From Epiperipatus broadwayi (Eukaryota; Animalia; Onychophora), in contig JAQFVV010000006.1 in the NCBI GenBank assembly GCA_028023455.1, forward strand, positions 16,678,001 through 16,742,000: a stretch of DNA of 64,000 nt, written 5' to 3'. Of the stretch, positions 50,836 through 61,320 are shown piece by piece. The translations under genes were made by a program, and so were the position numbers. Position 1 is the first letter of the stretch; every line of letters starts with the position of its first letter. The notes under the pieces are model-generated. The model had not been told where the DNA came from. It saw only the letters and a program-made list of their open reading frames with translations, and did no database searches.

Positions 50836-51870
50836 CCTGAAGGTTTGTGATGATGGTATTTTAGATGAACTATTTCCATAATCTAATATTAAGTAATGCA
50901 TGTCTTTAGAAATATTTTAACTTTATTTAAAGTTTCCAATTACTTTCAACGGTTAATAATAGCACACAGGATATTCTTATCTTCTTCAGTTGTCGCTGGC
51001 CTGACTAGTGACAGTACTAGCATGGGAATTGAACCTGGACTCTTAGATTCTTGAATATTGAATTTTAAGGTAACACTCTTAACCTACAACCATTCTGCCA
51101 AAGGCAATACCAATGGAAATTTTGTATACTTGTCTATGAAGTTCCTCCTGATTTCACCGCTTTTTTCTAAGAGCAAAGTTAATTATTGGTTTCTATACAT
51201 TATGTATAGTCACACTAGGATGATTTATGGTTTATTCATCATTGCCATGTGAGGAATATCTTTGAATTTTCTTTTTTTCTCTCTACATTTTCCTACAATA
51301 TTTTCCCTAATTAAACCTCTGTTTATTGTTACATACATGGTCTGCTACCTTAGACGTTTTTCTCATTTAATCGTCAGTTTATCCTCTTGCGATCACTTCA
51401 GTGGGGCAATTGGTCACACCAAGATACAGTCTTCCACATTCATACAGTATTTCATAGATGCAGTTTTGCTTTTCAGCATTTCAAGTTTAGATTTTGTAGA
51501 TGTAGTGCGCTATGGCTCTAGAAAGCTGTTCTGATGTTATAATGATTGCAAATTTTCTTTAATTTGTCAGCTATTTTTGGTATGTGTGGATACATTACAA
51601 AAGCAATAATTGTTTTCTTTGATGGTTTTTTTTGTTGTCTACTTATGGTTTTCTTGATGGATAACCATTTTTCATAAGAATTTGTTCTAATATCTTTTCT
51701 TTTTTCCAAATCTAAGAGTCCAGGTTTGATTTCTATACTAGTACTGTCACTGATCAGACTAGCAACAACTGAAGAAGAGAGGAGAATAACATCTCTCGAA
51801 ATATCAAGCGCATATACTAACCTGTGTGCTATTACTGACAGTTGAATGTAATTGGAAAATTTCAATGTTT
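50836..51870 (-). mobile_element. Family C Penelope-like element: 5'-truncated GIY-YIG ORF, 3' pLTR plus tail, and an inverted pLTR at the 5' junction
   Basis: Minus strand YPHIPKIADKLKKICNHYNIRTAF, CIYEILYECGRLYLGVT (GIY-YIG) and SKVADHV. The sense terminal repeat at 50836-51100 recurs inverted at ~51707-51870 without the tail. Confidence 0.85.
51769..51805 (+). ncRNA. Hammerhead-like core (family C)
   Basis: CTGAAGA-A-GAGAG-gagaataacat-CTCTC-GAAA-TATC: core, 5 bp helix II, palindromic ATAT (likely from ACGT). Helix I is not evident. Confidence 0.5.
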
Positions 51871-53004
51871 AATATTAGATGATCTAAATAAATTCAATAT
51901 AGAAATACAAATATTGAAAGCTTTTTTTTTTTTGTTATCCTCTTTTAAAGACACAAAAACATTACTTTGAAAAAAAATATTTGTCGGCCGCTGTGGAGGT
52001 TATAATGACATTCAAGTACCTAAATGGCATATTGATCAATCAATCGAGAAATCCATTTTTTATTTTATTTTATTCAGCTGATAGTTAGGTCATGAACTTT
52101 TAGATTTTTGATTCTTCTACTCTGGTCCACTCCACTGGTTTGTACCACCCAGATGCAAAATTATAGTTTTTATTTGATTTGACCTTGCTAGGGTAAGATT
52201 AATTAATGAATCAGTTGCTAGATGGCTTTCCATAGTAATTTTGTAGCATAAATTTCTGATATTTGTTAATTAGATTGCAATATTAGCTGAATATCTATGT
52301 ACAATAAAAGTGCTGACAAATTGACTCCAAAGATAATAAAGTCAAAAACAAGACATATAGTCATAGTCTTAGTCTAACTGATAAAACAAAACAAACACAA
52401 ATAATACCTATAATGTAATACAACAGTCAATGAACATGAGTAAAATCAAGTATTGAAGCACCCAGTTTTTTTTAATTATTCTTTTGAATATCTGTTGATT
52501 TTTATTTTATTTTATTTTATTAAAGTGTATCATTTGTGCTACCCCTACACTGTGCTGCCTGAGTGCGTTGCATTGCTTGCACCCTCTCAGAACAGATCTG
52601 CTTCTACTGTAGTAACTTCTTAGAGCTGTATGAATTGTGTTTCTTTTTAAAATCCCCAAATTTTGGCCAGGAATGCTCTCTTCTTCATTTTTCCTTATTG
52701 AGAGGATGTTGAAGAAGCTTTTATTTTAACTCTAGCCATTTAAAACTGTTTGAATTTTACAGTTTTGATTGTTATATTGAGAAAAGCAAACCATAAGCTT
52801 AGCGACTTAGATATATGACATCTCTTTCATCAGTTGTGAATGCTCTAGACAGTCATAGGGCCAATTATTTTTTAATTGATGTTGATTAATTGATAAATTT
52901 TGTTTTACTTCTTTAATTATACATATAAAATTAATTTATATTTTTGTTGTCACATCTCTGCCAATACTTAGCTTTGCTTGTAGTCTGATTTAGGATCATG
53001 GGAG

Positions 53005-53760
53005 TCATCGCCATCATCATCGTCATCAACCATTATCAATCCACTGCAGGATGAAGATGTCTCCAAGTTCAAACCATCTCCGATCTTTAGCTTCTCTTCT
53101 CTATACCACATCTAATATGTAAACCGTAGTCTCTTTCTGGATCTTTTATAATCTCTTGGAATCCAGTTTAAGATTTCAATTGTCCATCTATTGTCATCTC
53201 TTCTAGCAATATGTCCAGCCCAACTCCACTTCAATCTTTTAACTTTTTCAATTAGGTCAGTAACACCTGTTTGTTCTCTTACCCATACATTGTGTTTTCG
53301 ATCGCTTCTTGTTACTCCCAACATGCATCTCTCCATACTTTTTTGAGTGGTCTGAAATCTCTGTATTGCTCTTCTAGTGAGTGTCCAAATCTTAGATCCA
53401 TAAGTAAGAACTGGTAAAATATATTTATTAAACATCTTTCTTTTTAAACATCTAGGCATATTTCCTTTTAGTATCAAGTTATTTCTACCAAAAGCACTCC
53501 AATATGTTTCCATCTGTATTACCAATCTAACCAAGGTATTTGTAACTGTTAACTTCTTCCCACTCATCATAATCAATCTTTATTTTCTTATTTTGAGAAA
53601 ATTCATTGAACATTACTTTAGTCTTTTTAACATTTATCTTTAGTCCTACTTTCATTTGATAACTTCTGCAACATTTCCTGTAGCTCTAAAGCATTATTTG
53701 CAAAAACAGCATTATCTGCAAAATCTGAATGACTTAAATAATCTCCATATGGAGTACTTA
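53005..53760 (-). mobile_element. RTE-clade LINE 3' fragment, the best-preserved copy
   Basis: ORF 53112-53576 reads WSAFGRN...LKRKMFNKYILPVLTYGSKIW...LKWSWAGHIARRDDNRW; upstream YLSHSDFADNA; degenerate (GAT)n tail. Confidence 0.9.
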
Positions 53761-53820
53761 TACTTTTTTCACAGTTATTTTAAGTGTCTGGCTTGTCATT
53801 AGAACACAAACAAATGAAAA

Positions 53821-54311
53821 CTTGGTTTGTGATGATTTTATGTTAGATGTGATAATATGTTGGACTATTTTCTTCATCTGTCAATAAGTGTTAAATGTAT
53901 AGAAAATTTTAAACCTTATTTAAACATTTCAAATATAAAACAATTTGTTAGTAATAACACACAAATAGACAACACAGGTTAGTAAAGACAACTTTTCAAG
54001 TAGTATTATTCTCTATTCTTTTTCAGGTGCTGCTGGGACGACCAATGACAGTATTAGCATAGGAGTCAAGCTAATCTAAAGATGCAAGTTGGACTCCTAT
54101 GCTAATACAGTCACTGGTCAGACCAGCAACACTTGAAGAAGAGTGGAGAATATTGCTGCTTGAAATGTTTTCATTAATAATCTGTGTTGTTTATTTGTGT
54201 GTTATTACTTACAAGTTGTTTGTATTTGAAAAGTTTATTTAAGTTTAAATTTTTTTATATATTCAACATTTATTGATAGATGATGGAAATAGTCCGATAT
54301 ATTATCACATC
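53821..54311 (-). mobile_element. Family C fold-back PLE mini-element with 13 bp TSD
   Basis: Arms ~53842-54067 and 54092-54315; tail 53821-53841 on the left only; TSD AAACAAATGAAAA (53808-53820) / AAACAAGTGAAAA (54312-54324); decayed HHR-like core in each arm. Confidence 0.8.
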
Positions 54312-54948
54312 AAACAAGTGAAAAGACATATAAGAAAAACAATTCATTGAATATGATTAAATTCCATGAACTATAAAGTATAATTTTGGAACTTTCATAT
54401 GCTGTCACAAGTATTAAATGTTATTTTCCTTTTGACTAAACAATCTATACATTAAAAAAAGCAAAAACAGACTATGATTAATGGTATAAGTTCAAATAGT
54501 GATACTTATTTGTGTGTTTAATTTTAGTTTTTTCTCTTCATTTTATTTATTTATATTCAGTTTTTCATTATCAATTATAAATTCTTGTTTCTCTGAACCC
54601 AAACATTTAATCTTCTCTGAAATCACTTTCATTTCTAAGAATTTTTTTATTTTTTTTATTTCACTATCCACTTTACTTACTTAACACCTCATTTTGAATG
54701 TAGAATCTTTGAAAAAAGGTGGTCACAATTTGTTTTCTATAAGTCTCTTTCTACCCAGAATCCATCTATTGTCTAATAATTATTGATATACTTAAACTTA
54801 CTATACATGATGGTGCTAGAACAGGTAAGAGAAAACTGTTTTTGTTTACAACACTAGAATATTTCAGGAGAAATTATTAAATATATTTGTTTTCAGTTTA
54901 GTAAAAAAAATCTTTTGTCAATTGAATACTGAAATTCTTTAGTAAATG

Positions 54949-55098
54949 GAGGAATTTGAACTTAGGATTTTCAGTTTATATTCATTCTCCACTCACACAT
55001 GTGAAAATATAAAGGATTCTTAATATGTGTAGTTATGTGTATTGTGTGTTTGAGATGAAGTGGAGAATGAATATAGAAATCCTAAGTTCAAATCCCTC
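54949..55098. repeat. Short fold-back repeat with ends related to family A termini
   Basis: gaggaatttgaacttaggatt...atattcattctccact / agtggagaatgaatat...aatcctaagttcaaatccctc. Confidence 0.55.
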
Positions 55099-56586
55099 TT
55101 TGCTATAGTAAACATTCAGTATACTGAATGAATAGGTTTCTGCTCTTAATTATAAACTAGTTTAATGTGTAAAAAACAACAACAAACAGTTTATAGTTTG
55201 ATTTGTTGAGATAAATACGAAAATGATAGATTCTTTTTTTATTTTCCAATTGAATTATTTTTTAAACCCATTTTTATTAGTATGAATTTTATGCAGGATA
55301 TGATGAAAATTTTTGTTAGGCAAAGAGATTTTTTTGGGTATCTGATGACATCAATGGTGTGATTGAAGCGTGTGCATTAATTAGTTCTACTAGTAGTTAT
55401 GTATTTTGCAGTTTGGTGGCTAAATACAGATCCTAGATAGGGTTGCTTATTTTTAAGCACTCGGCTTCTATACATGTTCATTTCAATTTATTTAATTCTA
55501 TTTTTTTTTCCTGTTTTTTTTTTTGAGGGTAGAATTTTGTAGGATAATTTTCTGATAAATGTGAAGATCGTGATCCTCCTCCTCGATAGAAAAACATTTA
55601 ATAAATTGGATATGTAAAGGATTTGAAATCATTATTTTCTTTTTTTAAAAAAACTGAAACCAGAAAAAAAAACATTTAGACTATAAAATTAAAAAGTAAA
55701 TTGATTGAATTATATTTTAATTATAATTATTTTATTTCATTTACCGGCTTAGAGAAATTTTCATTAACCCTTTATGCCTGGATTATAATTGCATTATTAT
55801 TACAGAGCTATATATTTTCACTCTTCCCACTATTATTAATTAATTTTTTTTAAAAAAAGGGTGGGTGTGTGACAGTATGACACAATATTTGTTGCGATAT
55901 TCGATTTAAGAACTACAAACTCCGGGTTCGATAAAAAAAAAAAAAATCATTGTTCGAATACTTGAATGAAATTTTATTACTCAACCTACGACTGATATCA
56001 CATGATCTCATGAGTCATTAAACTGTGCAAGTATGCTGCATTCATTGTAATCGTAAAGTAAGGTTTGCAAATAAATAGACCTTGTGACTTGAAAGACCTT
56101 TTATTCCAGATCATATACATCGCTAGCACGTATCTGTATAATCTATTTTAGTATGAAATCAATAAAAGTGAAATGATGGATGATGACGTTCATGCGTATT
56201 GCTGCTTTTCAATAGTTTGCTAAGTGCTGATTTTTCTTAAATTATTATTATTAGCTTCAAAGTTAATTTTAATTTAGAAGTCAGAGTTGTGAGATTCAAG
56301 TTTCATATTTTCTTAAGCATATATTTGAGGGATTTAATAATATAAATTAAACATATTGAAAGGGTTATTACTACAACAATGACAAATCAGTACATCTACC
56401 AATTTCATTGGACATCAGATGATATGATTGATTTATTGGACATCACATGATAATAATTAATTAATTAGAAACCATTATATATTAAACAGAACAACATGCC
56501 TTTTCCAGTTTATTTTTAACATTTGCATTAAAATTAGTAATCTATCATTACTATGGAATTATTCGATATATCACTGGATATTAGAC

Positions 56587-56782
56587 AATCCAATTTATTA
56601 CTCTGTCTAGAGTCATTAATGGAAGAATAGTTTTTGGTCTTCAACTTCCCACTACTGAAAACCAAAAGTTAATCAGTGAATTTGGTTTTCATAATATTCA
56701 GTAGTGAGAAATTGAAGGCCAAAAACTATTCTTCCATTAAACTTACATTAAATGACTCTAGATCAGAGTAATAAATTGGATT
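56587..56782. repeat. Palindromic MITE-like element
   Basis: aatccaatttattactctg.tctagagtcatt...gaagaatagtttttgg is the reverse complement of the block ending ...gagtaataaattggatt. Confidence 0.75.
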
Positions 56783-56840
56783 ATTGCTCTTAGCCTCTTT
56801 TATGGTCCTTACTTCATAGATTTCCCTTTAACAATTTATA

Positions 56841-57250
56841 ATATATAGGGTATATGAGCACAGACTTTCAGATGACCCATCACTCTCCACCCTATCCAAT
56901 AACACTGATACACCCAAGCACATATATGCTGAAAAGATATATAATCACCAATATATGTATTTCATGCTAAACCAGCAATCATCAGTTGGTCCAGATTATC
57001 ATCTCCCACACATATATACTATAAGTGCTCAGATATATATTAAGATAGACAATCTTCATGCTTTAATGGATAGGTTCCAATCTACTACACATTCCAGCTC
57101 TTCAACCGTCCATCCAATTGAAAATCTGATGATGGAATGCTCGAAGGCCACCCTGAGGCCGAGATTCTTGTCACACTCATGTTGACCTAAAGTCAATCTG
57201 AACCCCACATGTACAGGGCATAATCCAGTTAATACACATGTGACCTTTAT
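56841..57250 (-). mobile_element. Diverged family A PLE copy with an upstream GIY-YIG remnant
   Basis: 56841-57135 aligns with the family A arm. 57130-57250 on the minus strand gives IMPCTCG...GQHECD...VAFEH, fragments resembling a PLE endonuclease. Confidence 0.65.
56947..56990 (-). ncRNA. Family A hammerhead with intact catalytic core
   Basis: ACCAA-CTGATGA-TTGCT-ggttt-AGCAT-GAAA-TACATATA-TTGGT: AUA triplet, perfect helix I; the closing pair of helix II is U-U. Confidence 0.75.
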
Positions 57251-57696
57251 TAGCAAATTTTTCATTATACTACGCTTAAATGACACATAACATTTTATAC
57301 TGTTAAACATGTTTTTGTTTTATTATATTTAAAGGTTTCTTTACATAATGTATGTTAACATAATTTATTGTATTTTTTTTTTTTTTTTATTATATTTAAA
57401 TATTTAAAGGATCTCTTTACATAATATACAGTTAACATAATTTATTGATTTTATTCTTAGAAAATTATACATATATATTTTAATAAACCTACATTTATAG
57501 ATAAGATATCTTAATATATTGCCTGATGAACTATAAGATAACTTATATTAGGTGATATATTTTGTAGTTAAAATAAAATGATTTAATATCTCTGAAATGA
57601 GTTCTTTCTTTGCATTCCAACAGTTTAATTAATAATCAAATGACCTGCGTGGGGGCTAGGGGATGAATAAAATGTCTTATGTTGTAAAGCCAGCCA

Positions 57697-58158
57697 TCTG
57701 CATATTAAGATGTACTTATTTTTGACCTGATTTTACATTGGGAGTGTATTAATAAAAAAGTCCATTTACCACAAAATTTAGTCTATTTTGTTATATTTGA
57801 AATACAGGCACTCTTCACATACCTGGAGCCTAATTGTAAATATAGGGGATTTGAGTTCAAATCCTCTATATCTATTTTGTTATATTCATCTTTTTATAGA
57901 TGTTTTAAAAATAATTGTTGATAATAATCTGCATATTAAGATGTACTTATTTTTGACCTGATTTTACATTGGGAGTGTATTAATAAAACAGTCCATTTAC
58001 CACAAAATTTAATCTATTTTGTTATATTTGAAATACAGGCACTCTTCACATACCTGGAGACTAATTGTAAATATAGGGGATTTGAGTTCAAATCCCCTAT
58101 ATCTATTTTGTTATATTCATCTTTTTATAGATGTTTTAAAAATAATTGTTGATAATAA
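57697..58158. repeat. Recent tandem duplication, 2 x 231 bp
   Basis: Units start at 57697 and 57928 (tctgcatattaagatgtac...) and are nearly identical. Confidence 0.95.
57798..57870 (-). mobile_element. 73 bp minimal family A insertion (terminal hairpin plus tail) with 16 bp TSD; duplicated at ~58029-58101
   Basis: TCTATTTTGTTATATT at 57782-57797 and 57871-57886; hairpin TATAGGGGATTTGA/TCAAATCCTCTATA; tail homologous to 8936-8977. Confidence 0.8.
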
Positions 58159-58329
58159 TGTTAAATAAAATGTTGAGTTCATCTAAATGGGAAGCAGTCA
58201 GATTTTTCACTCTTATGCTGCAAAATTGTGTTCATTGAAATATCGTGTCACTATATTAATAACTTCTTTAGTCAAATGTTTATCATTATTTTCCTCTACA
58301 AGGCATTAAAAGTGGATAGTAACCAGTCC

Positions 58330-61320
58330 CCACTTTGTGTGAGAGTAGTGTAGTGAAAATTACACTTCAACATAGATACCTCTACAACAGGACCAAACTA
58401 AGTTTGAAAGCAATTCAATTTTCGTTGAGCACGCGAGAGCCTCTGGCCATGCCTTCCTACCCACCACAGCCCATACTATCTGCTCTGAAAAAAACATTAA
58501 ACACAAAGTCAGGGAGGCTTACTACATAGTGCATGACCCTACAGCAGTAAATAGAAGAGAGGCTTGCTTTTCTCTATCTCGAAAATGGTCTATGTAGCAT
58601 CTTCACATGAATTTGCATAAAATTTGCATTAACATCATTATAATTCTTAAATAAATTCCAGTAGCCATGAATATGGGACTACGAACTATCCCGATTTGTG
58701 TGCAAAGCACATATATATATTTATTGACTACAGAAACCTTAATCATATACCAGTCAAATTTTTGATGGGTTCATTGTTCTTATTGCAAAAATCTTATTTA
58801 TTACCTAGAAATTAATGAAATTTACAAGTGAATTCATCTTCTGTTTGATCATTTACTTTAAGAGGTTGGAGTTTGAATTAAACATTTGAAACTTCTTACA
58901 CTTGTAATGATTAAGGACCCAGTCTAGGCTTGGACAGCTTTTGTTGAGATTTTCCAATTGCTCATCAACAGGTTTACTTGGAACTCTCACGGACCTTTGA
59001 AATTTACTATCAGAAATGGATCAAATTGCACATTAGTTGGACTTGAACTCAGTGAGATTAATCAAATCACACTACTCAAGCAACAAACCACGATGCACAG
59101 AAGGCCCTGTCAGAATACATTGCAGTCAAGCAAGCCTGGAGATTCTTGGATAGTCAGCATTGCTGGACTAGAAGCTATCTAGGGTGGACACTGAGTTTAA
59201 AAAGAAAGCAGGTCACTACCTCTTCCATACATATCAGAGGCAAATTTCATATAGGAGAAGACATGTTAATCATCATAAGAAGTCATTTCAAGACAAAGCT
59301 TTCAATCCAGAACAATAGAAGCACTCCTAACATTGATAATGCTTCTCATCATGGAATTATGGCCAACACCATTCTAAATAAATTAAAATCAATTCCTGAC
59401 AGAACCCACCCTGGATCACATGCAATACCCAAGCTTCTGCTTTTACACCCCAACCACTATACCATCCGCGTCGGTCTTAATATGCTGAATGAACTGGCTG
59501 GAGGTCGCAAGGTCATTGAGGGACTATATCTGGTCTTGATAGTTCCATTTCTGAAAAAGGATTGATTGCCATAAGGATCTCGCTAGTCTTAGGCCTATTT
59601 CGATGACACCTGTCATAAAAATAATAGAGTTTATGGTCAAAGATTCGACCCAAGAACTAATTATTCCCAGTTTATTTCCCTCACAATTTGCATGTAGGGG
59701 TTGGTCCACGATTGATGCAACTTCTATTTTCAAATAATGGTCAAACATGTGAGGCATCAAAGAAATTCCAGGCCCATAGCTGTCCAACTGGACAGTCAGG
59801 CTGCCTTTGACTCGGTGAGGGTCGATCACTGCATCGTTGCACTAAGAACCTACCCTATTCCTGATACCCTCTTATCCATCGTGGAGAACCTCCTTAGCAA
59901 CAGGGAGATTTTTGTTACAATGGATTGGCAGAATTGCTTCTGGGTTTCATCCCAACAGCTCTATTCCAGGGATCCCTGCTGAGCACATTATTTACTGCCT
60001 TCATTAACTCATTGATACTTAAGATTGAAAGAGGATCTTCCTGGGGTGTACATTACCAAGCTGGGCAGGGAGGTAAAATTCCTGGCATATATCGATGATG
60101 TAGTAAACCTCCTCCCATCTGCAGATTGCCTGCCAATGCTGGAAGACATACTACACTGGTATACAGAACAATATCAACTGTTTTTCGGAATAAGTCTGCA
60201 GCCTGGAAATTGTCACCTGTAAAGAAAATTCCTTCACCCTTTCTAGCCAGACCGCAGAAGTTCCCTGGGTTTCCCATTCATGCTTTCTCCTCGGATCATG
60301 AGAATCCAATAACCAAACATGCTTTCCAAGGGCATAACAGATACTCTTAAATCACTCTCTAGCATTTACCTGTTTCTATATGGGAAGGTCGCCTATTCCC
60401 TAAAAAAAATACTCCCTTCCAATCAGCCTTCCTACAAGACCTTCATAGCAAAAATTAATTCCCTATGTTCTGGATTCCTATGGAGAAAGAAAACTGTCGC
60501 AATCAGCCTTAGGAAAGCATGCCTACCTAAAAAACTCAATGGATACCTAAAAAACTCAGTGGACTAGGACTACATACCACCTTTTCTTTTTTTAGTACAG
60601 AGAGCACATAATATGCTTGTCACAATTAAAATAATAATCTCAGACTCATCATCAGTCGCTCACACTGATACCGAACCACCTTATGGTCGGTTCCTACCCT
60701 GGACCGATATGGTTGTCAATCTGGTTAAGAGTGCTGGAATCTTTGTGGGGGTGATTTGGAATAAGCTCAAATATTGGGACATCCATCAACTCTTCTGTCA
60801 GTCCTTCATAATAACCCCAACTGTTCTCAAGGTTAACAATGAATACATCATCAAATGCTTCAAACTATGGAAGATTGAGTCTAAATAGACTATTTTAAAA
60901 TAAACATACACTCACTACCAACCAATGAATTCTTATTAAATAAAAGAGGGCTTAACAAAATACATATTCACTGTCAAATGTGGAGTGGTGCAAGTGAAAC
61001 ACTGCAGCACTTCCTATATGAGTTCAAAACTCTACAACAGTATAGATCATTGATCAGCGGTTGGATGATATCATACAAAGTCAGAATATTCAACATTCAA
61101 GACTGTATGCAGGCTGGTGTTTTCTCAACAATAAGACTATCATGCTGAACTATTCACTGTGGATCCTTAGGTGCAATGTCATGTTTAGTAGAAATTCAGG
61201 GAGTCTACATAGTGATTTTTTTCGGTATTATTAAAACATTGAAAGCAAAGGACTGCAAAGTTTCCTATGCTAAATTCCATGAGGACACATGGAAGCTATT
61301 AAATATTCCTGTATTTCAAC
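58330..61320 (+). mobile_element. Decayed L1/Tx1-clade non-LTR retrotransposon (ORF2; possible upstream ORF1 remnant)
   Basis: APE end (RLDSF, NSHGPL); RT motifs LRPISM, VQLDSQAAFDSV, FQGSLLSTLF and KFLAYIDDV; post-RT FLWRKK...CLPKK; decayed C-terminal HCQMW...ETLQHFL and LWILRCN. GC-richer than its flanks, with many frameshifts. The 5' boundary is uncertain. Confidence 0.85.
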
